From Ginglymostoma cirratum (Eukaryota): 64,000 nt of DNA. Position numbers and translations under genes: made by a program. The notes under the pieces were generated by a model. The model made no database searches. It had not been told where the DNA came from and was given only the letters and a program-made list of their open reading frames with translations. Each line of letters begins with the position of its first letter. The first letter of the stretch is position 1. Shown here piece after piece: positions 1 through 12,678 of this stretch. The stretch lies in NCBI GenBank assembly GCA_024137785.1, contig JAHRHZ010000091.1:9558586-9622585 (forward strand), read 5' to 3'.

Positions 1-21
1 GCAAAGAGCTGCACATGCTAA

Positions 22-180
22 AGAAAACAGAAACCATTGGAGAAACTTGGCAAGTTTGGCAACATCTGTGGAGAGAAAGCTGAGTTTTGAGTCCAATTCT
101 GTAGAGGAGTCACCTCAGACGAGACGTTAACACACATGCTGCCAGAATATCGCAGTTTCTCCAGCAATTTCCACCTTTTA
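22..180. mobile_element. Penelope-derived fold-back (palindromic) element, degenerate
   Basis: Arm GGAGAAACT..GGCAACATCTGTG and its inverse CATGCTGCCAG..AGTTTCTCCAGC flank a CTGTAGA..GAGACGTTAAC core; same family as 9635-9820 and 46972-47070. Confidence 0.65.
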
Positions 181-927
181 AGATGATCCCCTCCCTTTAT
201 AGACAGGTGTCAGCAAGATTCAAGACAAAACCTTCACCTCAGAAGCTTCTTTTGAGATCGCCCTCTCTTTGTCACATTGCAGTTGCCTTTGGAATGCTCT
301 AACGACAGGTCAAAGCTGGATAAGATTTAACTTTCCATGGGGTGGGGGGGGGTGCGGTTTCTTCTTCATCCCAACTTTGTGACAGCCCCAGAATAATAAA
401 CTTAATTCTAAACTTGATTTACGAAACCCTGCTTTTGGTGCAGACTTGCCCAGATCCACAATCACATTTCAACGCCAACATCCAATGCCAAAACCAGCTC
501 CCAATACTAAAGTAAACTGTTTTCCCCCACCTTCTTTCTTACAAACAATGCAAATATAAGGAGCTATGATCTGATGGGAACCAGTACGAAGCCCACAACC
601 AGAACCCAAGTAGAGGACATAAAGGATGAGCAGATGCTGACAGAAGTGGTAGACCCAAGCGTACAGAAATCCGAGCAATGAGTGGCACAAGTAAGGACAA
701 TAATCCTTATATCCCAAACCACAAACTCTACAAAGGTTAGATATATTGTAATGCAGGTGAAACAACTGAAATAAGGAGAACATCTCGGGGCCAATTCATA
801 AAAAAGCAACATAATTCTAACTGACATAAGGACCAACAGTTCAAAGCTGGCTCTTATGTAGTTTGCAGAATTCAACAAACAAGTGCATGCCATACATCAG
901 TCTCTTTTGAACAATGAAATGCAGTTC

Positions 928-1255
928 ACAGAGTTCCTAAAGTGTGGAAGCAGGCCATTCAGCCCATTGAGTCAACATTGACCCTCTGAAGAGCTTCCAT
1001 TCCAGACCCAAACCCCCACCCTATGCCTGAATTTCCCATGGCTAGTCCACCTAGCCTGCATATCCCTACACACAATGGGCAATTTAGCATGGCCAATGCA
1101 CATAACCTGCAAATTTTGGACTGTGGGAGGGAACCCACGCAGACATGGGGAGAACGTGCAAACTCCAGACAGACAGTCACCCAAGGCTGGAATCAAACCC
1201 CGTCCCTTGCGCTGTGAGACAGCAGTGCGAACCCACTGAGCCACCGTGCCACCCC
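928..1255 (-). mobile_element. HE1-type V-SINE
   Basis: tRNA-like head GGGGTGGCACGGTGGCTCAGTGG, V-domain GGAGTTTGCACGTTCTCCCCATGTCTGCGTGGGTT, and a CR1-derived tail; five similar copies in the window. Confidence 0.9.
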
Positions 1256-1559
1256 AAGTTATTGAGCATAGATTTATGTTTTCCAACTGGACTCGCTAAG
1301 CCAACAATAGGTTTGCTCAAAACTAAAAAAAAAACTTACTGGGTAAGCTTTTAAGACTGCAAATCAGCACCTATTTATTTCACACAGAGAATGCTTGCTT
1401 CACTTAAAGTCCTCACAAGAAGCGATTCTGTTTGGCAACAAGCTTACTTAGTATTCCACATTCGTACTGAAAAGTTTATCTGGCCTTTCACCTCTTTTAC
1501 TTGGACTGCATCAGAATTATAGAGTTGGTGTTATTTAATTTTATGCTTCAAACAAACAT

Positions 1560-1800
1560 TACACACAGCAGAGAAACAAGCCAGTCAGTCCAACAGGTCT
1601 GTGCTTTCACTTCATCCCTGTATGAGGGTTCCCCCTGTTCCCAACATCAAATCCTTTTCAGTATAACCTTCTATACCTTCGTCCCTCATGTACTTAACTA
1701 ACTTCCACTATATTTCACAGCCACTTGTTGTAATGAGTTCCAACTTCTCAGCACTCTCTGAGCAAAAAGATATTTCTCCAGAATGTTGGTGATATTCTGT
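1560..1800 (-). mobile_element. Old CR1 LINE 3' fragment
   Basis: Minus strand resembles the CR1 ORF2 C-terminus (FAQRVLRSWNSL). Confidence 0.55.
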
Positions 1801-2833
1801 AATATGGCCCCCTTGCTTTGGGAAATATGCGTCAAAAAAGTCAAAAACCAAGCAAGGAGGCTCTGCCAATAATTTTCTATCACCTGTTCGTGCAGGCTGC
1901 CGCAGTGGAACTCAAAAACAATCCACCGAGAAAGAAAGATTTAAATATCATCAGTACATCATCTTCTCACTGCTGCAATTCTCAACAATGAGCAGGTCAC
2001 CACTGCTTAACAGTGTGTTAATTCAGTATGACAAGATAAAACAGTAATCTGTGCTCTGAAAGGCTGTAAGCTCTGCACTATCTAGGGACACACCAATAGA
2101 TTTACACTGTATATCACTTTGTACAATTGCTGCAACAAAACCCTGGAGCTCTCTCAATTCTCTAATGTAAATCTCTCTAAACTTCTCTGCCAGTCAGAAC
2201 GGATTTGGTTGTAGGTAATCTATGCAAACTTAATATCTTACATATGTGAATGGCACAATCCTCATAGAGGATGTTTTAGATCTGAAATAATCCACTGATC
2301 CTGACTGTGTATCAGCTTTCTTTTCCCTGTAGCTTGACATTAAACAAGCTGCTGGATAGATGTCATTTCATCCAATGTGCTTGATTAAGCCACATTTTAT
2401 GTTCTGAGATTTACTTCTCAAGTAATGAAAACCCAGTATACTGCCTGATTGGTTATTGTTCGGAGATTATCCAGAGATCATGATGTGGTCATTTTGACAT
2501 ACATGGAAACAAATAGACAAGGAAGAATTTCACTGTAGTCAGGAAAAAGAAAAGCACATCGACTACCGATCTGCCCTACACGCTCCTGTCAAATTGACGT
2601 TGTACGAATTTGAATTCATTGACTACACTATGTGATCCAGCCCCTGACATTTAAGATATTAGTGAACCTACTTCTACAGACCTACACCCCACACCAACAA
2701 CAATGCAGTTACTCTGCACCTCGCGCGCGCACATACACACACACACCGAAGGAGCTATAAAAATCTGGTTGCATCAGAATATCCACAGGATCAGGGGCAG
2801 GATTTGACAGTGGGAAAGCCAGTCTTACAGAAT

Positions 2834-3130
2834 TAGGATTGCCAATTCTCCAGGATTGCTCTAGAGCCTCCACAAATTAAAGATTAAAGATTAATCTCTA
2901 GCATACTGTCACAAATATACCTGAAAAAGAGCCGAAGTGGCACAGAAAAGTGGCCAAAAATTTAGGATTTTCCCTCCATTTCCTTTGAACATTTCATCTT
3001 TATGGCTAATGCACTAGTACCATCAGGGTCATAAGTGCTGTCTGGTAGACAAGTCAAGAATCATGGCTGTTCGAATGAAAGCTTTCATGTTACCTCTTGT
3101 TTCTTTGCACAGGAGTTACTGAATATTTCT
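2834..3130 (+). mobile_element. Unclassified interspersed repeat with TAGGGTTGCCA-like terminus (probable DNA-transposon/MITE end)
   Basis: TAGGATTGCCAATTCTCCAGGATTG..; related copies at about 5115-5370 and 42248-42340. Confidence 0.45.
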
Positions 3131-3427
3131 GCCACATTCCCTTTTCACTCTAGGTTTCTTGTATCCTCAGTTATTTTGCTATTGTATTTTTTAAATGATT
3201 TGTTAATTCTGAGAATGAGCTTAGCACTGAACTGGTCGTGGTCATCCTCACTTCAAGTTTTCTTTTAGCATTTTATACCATGACTTGTTTCTCCACTTCA
3301 TCCTTTCCCCTCAGAACCCAGAGCTGGTATGGGGCATCAGACTCGTAATTAAAAGTTTGACAAGTCTGGTCAGACCCTATCTGAAAGCTCATCAATTAAC
3401 CTTCCACCTCTTAATGGTCTGTACATT

Positions 3428-3781
3428 GAATCCCTACAGAGTGTGGAAGCAAACCATTCAGCCCATCTGGTCCACACTGGCCCTCTGATTAAAATCCCAA
3501 CCAGATCCACCCCCCTACCCAATCCCTGTGACCCTGCATCTCCCATGGCTGATCCACCTAACCTACAAATCCCTGGACACTATGGGCAATTTTGCACAGC
3601 CAACTTACCTAACCTGCACATCCCTGGACTGTGGGAGGAAACCAGAGCACCCAGACGAAACCCACGCAGACATGGGGAGTATATGCAAACGCCACACAGA
3701 CAGTCGACCGAAGGTGGAATCAATCCCAGGTCTCTGGCACTGAGAGGCAGCAGTGCTAACCACTGAGCCACCATACCTCCC
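3428..3781 (-). mobile_element. HE1-type V-SINE
   Basis: Full head, V-domain and tail; similar to the other four copies. Confidence 0.9.
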
Positions 3782-3849
3782 AACCCCATTGCTTGCTCAA
3801 CAAGTAAATCATTGTAATTATTTTAATCCAGCTGTTCAGAGGAATGGTT

Positions 3850-4050
3850 CTTGCAGTTGCCCCCACCTCTGAGTCAGGAGGTGTGGGTTCAAGTCCTACC
3901 CTGTCCCAGAAGTACGTAATAACATCTCTGAACATGTTGGTTCGGAAAATATCAAACCTGTTTGAATGTGTCATGACACACCTCTGGGGTAGGTGGGACT
4001 TTAAGCTGGATCTTCTAGCCCTGAGGCAAGGTCACTACAATTATAGCACA
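3850..4050. mobile_element. Inverted pair of tRNA-like SINE heads (fold-back element)
   Basis: 3850-3950 carries the B-box-like GGTTCAAGTCC; 3955-4050 is a diverged reverse complement of it. Confidence 0.6.
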
Positions 4051-5492
4051 GTGGCTTCCCACGCCAGTTGAAAAGTAAACAGATGCTTTGTTACTTGGTT
4101 AGATTTTATTCTAGTTGTTGCAGTTGTGATATGGGCCAGCCTTTAACAGTACTGACTGACCTCCTGTTCCTATATTCCATTCCACTGTTGATATTTTAAC
4201 AGACTCTTAACCCCACGAAGCCTTCAGTGGGAAGTATGATAGGCTTTTCTCCCCCTTGGTATTTTTCTCTTGGAAATGAGACGGATTGCAGGTAGAGTTG
4301 TCTGACACTGTACTTTTCCTGGCTCTTTTCACGTACGGATTGAGCCTAATAACGCTTGGAAAATCTCAATGCAGTTCTGACTGTAAGGATGTTTTCACAA
4401 TGCAGAACAAATTGCCAGCGGACTTTCCAGCCTCACTCGGGGAGGGTGGGCACCTTCACAGTGGGGATGGATACAGTGATTGTGTAGATAAGGAAATGTA
4501 CCCTGTTAGAAACCCAGGCTCTATCTGGCAATGAAGCCAACAAAGCAGTTTAGAAAAAAAAAAAATCACTTTCTTTATCTGGGTAAATTCAAATGCAGTG
4601 AGGAATTTTAAAAGACACAAAGGGATTGCCAAATGTTTTCTAATGTAATGTGTTTTGTAACTGAAATAAAGAACTCCTGTTGTTTGTATTACTAGATTCA
4701 CTTCCTCTTAGATATTTCTCAAATGTAATACTTTTCTCCTTTACTGAAGCTTTTATTTTTCCCTCTATGTTATGCCCATTTTTCGTACATGTGTATTAAA
4801 CAAGCACAAACCGGTTTTAGTACCAAGTTATTTTTACTCAAGAGGTACTCTTTTCAATTTAACCCTCGCCAATTATAGACTGCTTCTGTTTTCTTTATTA
4901 TTTTAAGCAAATTAAACCATAATCGTCCAACACAGTACTCAGCACTTAAGCAGACTAAAAGCGCATTTCTTTGTCAGTCCTTTTTGATCAATTTGGACAG
5001 GACTAGCAATTTATTTTAGACAGGAAAAATTCTTCCGACCGTTGGCAGGGCACAGAATGTCAAAGCAGAGACTGGACTCTCCAAACACTGCTCTCGTCAG
5101 CTGAAATCTAGAACCTGGCTTGGAAACACTCCAGGATTGCCCTAGAATTACAGATTAAATTCCTTAGTATTGTGTAAGCAACCATTAAAAGAGAAGTAAA
5201 AAAATCACAGAGGCATGGAAAGAAAAGTGTGACTTTTCTGATTTCATTCAAAAAATGTGCTTATTAATTGTAAAGTGGAATAGAAGATTGGAAATAAATA
5301 TGGTTTATTTGACCAACCGCTTGGTGATAGGGAGGTAAATGACAACACTACTGGGACCCATGGATGTTCTTTTAGATAGAAGTTATAACAATTATAAGTT
5401 TCTGTTTTTGTTAAAACATTACCGTAATCAAGTCTAGCTAAAATGACACTTCTTGCCTGATTGTACACACATTGCAATAAGGATCAACATAC

Positions 5493-5724
5493 CGTTGAGT
5501 CTTGCAAAGATGTTGGACTCTCACAAGACAAAGTCTCTCTGCTCAATGTGGACGGTGTGTGTAGTTCCTCTGTGTGAAGGTTGTTGGAAAAACTTGGTGG
5601 AAGAGGCGGATGGAAAGCAGAGTGTCCATCACTTTCTCCCTCTTCTACTTTCTGTCTGTTTGTCGCCATGGCTACCTCTCCATCTGTTTCCCCATACGGA
5701 GAGGCCGCTCTCTTGGAAGACATC
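5493..5724 (-). CDS. SOX5: SOX5 second coding exon, 232 nt: (R)[77 protein letters not shown]
   Basis: Lies within ORF 5484..5780(-). Strong match to recalled human SOX5 [33 protein letters not shown]. Polypyrimidine tract plus TAG|G acceptor at 5725/5724 and ACG|GTATGT donor at 5493/5492. 38+232 = 270 nt = 90 codons. Confidence 0.96.
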
Positions 5725-5989
5725 CTACGGGAAGCAAACAGAAAGAAGAGATGTAACCTGTTCAGGAAGCAAGTGTACACGTCAGACGCGACCTATTCCA
5801 TTCGCAGACACAGTGAAATAAAATTGTTGCGGCATTGTGAGGCTTTGGTTAATTGATTAAAACAAACAGAAGTCAACGACTGAAGATCAAATGCACAATT
5901 TCTGTAAATAAAAACTGAGGAGTTCCAAAGTCCAGTGACTCCAATAGTTTTGTAAATGCAGACATGTTTTAAGATCTACTAAAGTGCCT

Positions 5990-6370
5990 TTTATTTGATT
6001 TACTTCCAGAACGTAGGCATCACTGGCAAGGATGGCATTTCCTTCACCAGTTACCTCCAAGGTGTTAATGGATCATTATCTTGAATCACAACTTTGCATC
6101 TCACTGGGCCAAATCAGGGGCTGGTTAATAGTCACCTACGTTACTGTGAGGATAGAGTCATATTTAAACCAGAGGAGATAAGGCCAACAAGTTCCCTTCC
6201 CCAAAGGCGATTAATGGACCAGTTATGATGTTCTAACAGCTCTGCAGTCACATTTTATTTCCAGATTTTGGTTCATCTCAATCCAAATTCTCAAACTCTA
6301 TGGAGCAGGGGTTTGCTGAACTCTTTCGCTCTGGATTATTAGCTTAGTAACATAACCATGGCATTATTGC
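5990..6370 (-). mobile_element. tRNA-derived SINE family B (CR1-like tail), old copy
   Basis: Diverged reverse complement of the copy at 59283-59645. Confidence 0.65.
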
Positions 6371-6924
6371 AGTCTGACAAAATAGTCTAAAGTCATAATA
6401 CTGGTACTATTAGACTACAGGCACAGAACTGCAACCAGTCACTGTTTAGAAGTAGTGCAGAACTGATACTGCTGAGCTATACTGAAAGCTGCAAGTTTGG
6501 CATCATATTTAGTAGGGATCAAACTCAGTTACTGTTAGCCCACTGTCAGGTATTTCATTTTTCTCTCAAATTTCTCATCACTCTTCAAGATTCTAACATT
6601 TTGCACAGAAAGGTTGATATCACTTAATCTTCATAGCTCACCCAAGCAGCCATTATATACATGTAAGACTTTACACCGAGTACTGTTTGACTGTGATGAC
6701 ATCACAGCCAATCATAAACCTGACCTCACCTAACTTCCATCCATCTGTAGGTTGGTTTGAGGAGTGTGAGAGAGATTGCGGTTGGACCATGGAATAATTT
6801 CTCCTTTTTAATCAAGGTTCCTTCCACTAATTATAGCATAACAGATAAAATGTTTATATTTATATAAACACCTTTCATAATTGGAGGGCTTGCCGTATCG
6901 AATGCGGGATAAATAAAATGCCAG

Positions 6925-7350
6925 GTTTGGCTCACTGGTAGTGCTCCTGCCTCCGAGCTGCAGAGTTGTGTGTTCGTTTTCCACATGGATTTGAGCACAT
7001 GATTGTGGCTGACATTTAGCTGTGGTACCCAGGGCGTTGCACTACTGATGGTTCCAAATTTCAAGTGAGATGTTAAACTGAGATCCCATCTGTCCTCATG
7101 GACAGCTGTTTTGAATGAGAGTAGAGGATGGGTCAATATGCATCTCTCAGCCAGTCCCATCAAAACAGCTAATTGGGCCATTAATCTTACTCCTACTTGT
7201 AAGATCCCACTGTTCATATTGACAATATTTTCTACGTTACATTAGTGACTACCAGTCAGATTTGTTAATTCTGTCTTTGTCAATGTCGGTGGTTAAAGGT
7301 CTTAAGGTCTTTAAAGATGCTTAAAAAAATTGGAGCTTTTTTTCTTTACT
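6925..7350 (+). mobile_element. Deu-domain SINE (SacSINE1-like) with L2-type tail
   Basis: GGTAGTGCTCCTGCCTCCGAG head, GAGATGTTAAACTGAG core, ACATTAGTGACTAC tail; multiple related copies in the window. Confidence 0.65.
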
Positions 7351-8349
7351 TCATCCACATGGCCTTACATTTCAATCTGTCTGACTTCAATCTAATGTTA
7401 ACAACATACTTTCTATTGATGTAAAGTTTGTTAAATCAAATGAAGATTTACACCTTGCTCAATTTTGCTTTCATTTGAAGTCAATGGAGAGCAATATTAA
7501 ACAAGGAGATGTAAACATAGGTTTCCAACCTGAATGCGTTGGTATTGACTGGATGGATTGGATTAAAATAGCCCCTAAAATGTGCCGTGTAACTAGTGTG
7601 GCCCATAAGCATCAACAAAAAGGACCCTGTGTGTTTAATGTGTTAATAATGTAGTCTATACCAAGAGAATGAAAACTACATTGACATTCAAGCCTGTGGG
7701 TATAAACTAGCATTAGTGCACATTTCACTGGAACCAAAGCCTGACCAACAGTAGGGGGGAGCAGTATTCCTGCACAGAATTAAAAATGCTGCTATGCATG
7801 GCATGCTGGCTGACCACTGAGCTTCGGATCTGCTGACATATTCTTGCCCAGGAACATAACTCAATCAAGTTATTGTTTAATTAGCCCTCATAGTAATGAT
7901 GGCTCCATACCCTGTCTGCATCTAAAACAGATGCAAACTCTACACCCAGCCTGCGATGTTGACTGGTCCTGTGGATAAGCGTGCTCTAAACTGACTATTT
8001 CCATTCATATCAACACTTGAATCCAGTAGGACAATGGTGTGCAGCACTGACAATTGTCACAGTTACCCTCGCCGTGCTTTCTAAGGTGAAAGACACTGTC
8101 AGAAAATTGTGTACTCTATGTGCAGTAATATGTTAACATTCAAAAGGAATGTATTTATGATGCAGTTACAGATAGCTACTGAAAGCATTTTTTCCCCATT
8201 GTCTGTCATTTGTCAGGTTAATTTAACAGGTACTAAAAAACTATTCTACTATATAATGGAGTGCTGTGTTTCCTACCATATTGTAAATGATAGGTATCTT
8301 ATACTAAAATCAATGAAATATTGCTAAACCTTTTAAAAACATTTCTGAG

Positions 8350-8830
8350 GTCGCCATGAAAGGACTCGAATCCAGTTCTGTGCTCCCTATGAAAGATGTC
8401 AGTGCATCGGACAGGATGTAAAGGAGATTTACCAGGATGCCAGCATGGATGAGGGACTTTAGTTATGTGGCGAGAGTAGTGACGCTAAGATTGTTAGAGC
8501 AGAGAAGGTTAATGCAACATTATATAGTGGTGCTCAAACTTAAGAATTTTGATTCATTAGGTTTTCCTTTGAAAGTGTTTCCACATGTAGAAAGGTATGT
8601 AATTCAGACAGACAGTTTTAAAATTGTGGGTTACAGAGCCAGAAAGGGGATATGAAGAATTTATTTTATGCCGTGAGTGATTCTAAACTAGCATCTACAA
8701 CCTGAAAGGATGGTGACAGTAAATTCAATGGGGACTCTTAGAAGAAAAAAATTGCAGGGCTGTAGGAAAAGAATAGGGTAATGAGATTCAATAGGCAGGA
8801 TGGGCTGAATAGCCTCATTCTGTCCTGTAC
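8350..8830 (+). mobile_element. Old CR1 LINE 3' end
   Basis: CAGTTCTG..AGGAGATTTACCAGGATG..GATGGGCTGAATAGCCTC tail, as in the CR1 at 36533-37502. Confidence 0.75.
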
Positions 8831-9374
8831 ATTCCCAAGGTGCAGCTGCTCATAAAAAGAAAACCCAATCACTTTGCTGATCATAGAATTACTACGTAGA
8901 ATCTTACAACACAGGAAAAGGACTTTCCGTCTGATGGTCTGTGCTGGTATTTCTGCTACATACATCTTATTCCTCACTGTTTCATCTCACCTCTCAGCCT
9001 ATTCACCCATTCCCTTATCCCTCAGATAATTATCTGATGTTCACTTATGAACTGTCAAAGGTTTCTTTAAGAAAACCCTGTTGGTTCACTGAACTGTGAA
9101 GATTTCCTGACTGCGAAGTCATCTGCTCTCAGCTGCGATAACAGTAGGGATCCTACATGTGGAGACTATACCCACATTTCCATTAGTTAGGAGCCCTGTG
9201 AGTGGCAACTCGGCAAATAGAGACCAGAACTGTGGCACCTTCCACAGCCAAATAGGCTGCCTGCACTCATTAATCGAGAGCTTCACATTAATAACAATAG
9301 TAAGTTATGTGAGATACTGACTGGATATAAATAGCCCGTAGAACTGTGCCAAATGCTTGGAGTCAACATCTCCG

Positions 9375-9610
9375 GAAGAGGTAGAGAGAGCGAGAGTGGC
9401 AGGACAAACAGGAGAGGGAAAAGGAGAGATAATGAGGTGGATAAGGAAGGGGAAAGGGGGAGAAAGAGAAAGTAGAGATAAGGATGGGGAGAATAGAAAT
9501 CAAAGAATAATAATGAAAGGGAAGGACAAAGAAAAAGAGACAAGAGAAGATGAGGAGGAGAGAGTTAAGAGGACAGGGAGTTAGCCAAGGGAAAAGTGGA
9601 GGAGGAAAAA
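9375..9610 (+). repeat. Purine-rich (GA) low-complexity tract
   Basis: About 230 bp of mostly A/G on the + strand. Confidence 0.85.
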
Positions 9611-9634
9611 TTCTTGTGTAAACTGTCAAACGAA

Positions 9635-9820
9635 AGCAAAATACAGCGGATTTTGGAAATCTTAAGTAAAAACAGAAAGTACTGGAAAAGCTCAGCAGGT
9701 CCGGTAGCATCCGAACGGAGAGGTATTCTGAAGAAATCAAATCGGACTCAAAACATTAACTCTGTTTGTCTTAATTCAGGTGCAAGCAGGCTTGCTGTGT
9801 TTGCAGCATTTTTAGTTTTT
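9635..9820. mobile_element. Penelope-derived fold-back element
   Basis: Arm CTGGAAAAGCTCAGCAGGTCCGGTAGCATC, core TTCTGAAGAA..GGACTCAAAACATTAACTCTG, then an inverse arm. Confidence 0.7.
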
Positions 9821-12678
9821 AAACTTTAGAAAACCTTACAAATTGCCTAGTCTGAACATAGAAACTAAGTTTCCACACTGACTGTAACTTTGAGGGGTCC
9901 TTCTCTAGCAAAGCTGGAGGGTGGGGACAAAGGAAAATATGTTATATGCAAGTCCTTTCCACCATCATTCGAGTGAGCATCTTCAAGGAGTCAAGCAACA
10001 AAGGGGTGCTTAGAGGAACTGGGAAACATGATTGAGTCAGCCACCCAAAGTGACTTGGATAATAATGGTAACAAAAAGCTCAACTTAAAAAAAGCGTGAT
10101 TTCAAAAATGGAAGGTTGAGCAATGCAAAACCACAACAAGCGAAACTTGCAAAAATAGAAGCTGTGCCTGACATGTTAGCATTATTCATTTATCAAGGCA
10201 TTTCAGTAATACAACCAAATCTAGCAATTCAACAGCAAAAATTACACAGACTTGGGTCTTATCCTCCCCCCACCATTTCCTATTTCACCTTTCTGTTTCC
10301 TCACTGTAAGCAGATTTTTAAACTGCCGTTCCCCAAACTTGCTGTTCCGTCTGCATATCCTTCCTCACATAGTCTCGGAGGGTGAGTTGTGACATTCAAT
10401 TGTGACCTTGCTCCTGATGATTTGTACCAAAAGGCATTCAGTTGCTGAATTCTGACTCTGGAATCATGTAGCTTCTCACCTTGGGCTCCAGTGAGGCTCG
10501 TGTGGAAATGTTTCTCCCACCCAGGACAGGTGTGAATATTCATACACACATCCTCTTTATGCAGATCAAGCATCTATTAACAACCTGTTCACCTGGACCT
10601 TGCAAGAAAAAAATGACAACTCAGCCTGGACTGAAGTATTTCAGCACCCCACAACAGTCAAGATTAAAAGTTCCCTTTAGTGTGCTTCAGTAATTCCATC
10701 TCTCTGGCGGAGAAGGCTATCTATTTCTCTGTGAAAAGATTCACAAAATCATCCCTGTACCGGCCTTAATGGACAGACTTAAGGAATTGAAAAGTGAACA
10801 GAGGCATGCACGGCTAAAATGTTTTTAGTCTTGACTTCCTCACTTATACTAAGCCTCCTCACTAAAAAGTATATAATTTCTGATGAGCAGAAAGAAAACT
10901 ATTCACATGCTTAAAATCCCAAAGGACTCGCCATACCCAAACAGCTAAATAGCAGTCAATTACTTGGATTTAATAATTTCACAGAGCTTTTGCAAATATT
11001 TGGTTTGAAACTCCTTCTTCAAGGTGGACTGACTGGAATTATATTAAATTATTGCCTAATCATTTATTTCTCACAGTTATCACGTCATCTATACCCCTGA
11101 CAGAAGTACAACACTGGAAGTGATACATTCTGTTTTCAGTTGGAGGTACTTGAAAACAGTGACATTTTTTGAACGCATTTCTTCGTACAGAGAATAGGCC
11201 GATTTTTTTTGACAATCAGGATTAAACGTATTAAAATTCAGCGAGAGTCCAGCTGAATAAACTGTTGTTCCCAAAGCGCGCCGAGAACACACCAATAATT
11301 GAGTTACTGGGGGAAAAAGCCCACATGGAGATATGCAATCGCCCATTAGACTCTGTTTATTTTACCGTAGCATAATAGGAACTTTTGTCTCGGCCGTTGC
11401 CAATATATAAAAAGAAGAGGTCTTTGTAGGTGCAAAGAAAACTTTGCTACTGTGCATTCTCAAACTTAAGGTAGTGGGCAGTGCATATTATAATGGACAT
11501 ATTTCTAAACTTTATAACTTTCTTCACTTTTTGCGGTGGGATGGGGGGGTCGCTTTCGCAGAAAAAGAAAGACGACAAACAAGACTCCGAGCGATTTGAG
11601 ATACAAAGTTATCAGGTTTTCGGGTGAATGTGTGGGGATAGAGAGAGGTGTTAGATCTACCGCTACACATCTCAAGCAATGTTGCTCTCGCGGCTGTTCG
11701 GCATTTGATGAAACAAATTGTTTTAGGGGAAAATAACCCGCTATCCCGCAGGCAGCTTGGGGTTTTGAAAGGGGCTGGGGGCCTGAACTACAGATGTGTA
11801 GCTAGTGATTCCGAGGGTAAACAAGCGCTTAAAGTGGGGAGCTGGAAGAACCCTCTGTTTATGATAATATAACCCACCAGCCATCCAACCCTGTGCTCCC
11901 TAGGACAAACCAAAGCAATCTTTGTCTTCTCGCTGCTCCAGTGCCGAAGCTGCCAGCACAGCTTCCTGTCCATAGGCAGGCAAGAACAAAGTCCTTAATG
12001 TCACACTGCCATCAACTATCAATAAGGCTCACACAGGAAGATGAGGAATTTACTCCTCGCTTTGAGGCGGTCTAACCAATGTTCATCTCTCACAACGTGG
12101 TGTGTTGAACATTGGCCAATGGTCCGGTCATGTGATAGCAGGGGCAGTCAGGCCACCCGAGGATGTGGTCCCTCACTATGGCTCAGAACAGCGGGGCCAT
12201 GGTCCTCAGTCAGTCTCCAGACCGGAGTGAGACACGCTTAGCAAATGGCTCTGAAGCAGCCGAACTCATGGCTCTTACATCTGTGAAATGCCACGATCAG
12301 TAATACCGAAAAGAAACCGAAGCTTCCCCTTAACCCGTTGAAAATGCTTGCAGCAATATGAGAAGGGGTGGGAGGTATGAATTAGAAATCTCTTTCAACA
12401 AAGAGCTAGCATGAGGTGGGCAGAATGGCCTCTTCCCGTGCTGGAGCATTCCACAAACTATTGACTTTTTTTTCCAGGAAGACTAAAACACGGCGCGTTG
12501 AGTTCAAATATCCTCTCAGACGAGTCAGTAAGAACGCATCAAGGTTATCATTGAGTTTCTTTTCGAATGTTTTGAACAGTATTTAAAACAGTCAGAGCGA
12601 GCGACAAGGGGGAAGGAAGGGAGAAGGAGGTGAAAGCAGCCCTTGTGAAAACTTTCGCTTCCCCGAGTTTTAACTCAC

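Larger units (their letters stand above)
1..5492 (-). other. SOX5: SOX5 intron downstream of coding exon 2 (continues past window start)
   Basis: Starts with a GTATGT donor. No sequence encoding the next expected SoxD segment (GTPERRKGSLADVVDTLKQ) was found by eye. Confidence 0.75.
5725..12678 (-). other. SOX5: SOX5 intron between coding exons 1 and 2 (6954 bp, GT..AG, phase 2)
   Basis: Bounded by a GTGAGT donor and a TCTTCTTTCTGTTTGCTTCCCGTAG acceptor; reading frame is preserved. Confidence 0.9.

Noticed and set aside
1-5492. SOX5 coding exon 3 inside the window
   Set aside because: No segment encoding GTPERRKGSLADVV or similar was found by eye; it presumably lies left of the window.
5493-5724. 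Assignment to SOX6 or SOX13
   Set aside because: [12 protein letters not shown] and the upstream ML..PELPQE exon match recalled SOX5, not SOX6 (MSSKQATSPFAC) or SOX13.
5725-5780. N-terminal part of ORF 5484..5780 ([18 protein letters not shown]) as protein
   Set aside because: It is the intronic polypyrimidine tract read through; homology starts at the AG acceptor at 5724.
9283-9740. Charged or Leu/Ser/Phe-rich ORFs
   Set aside because: Products of the GA-rich low-complexity tract.
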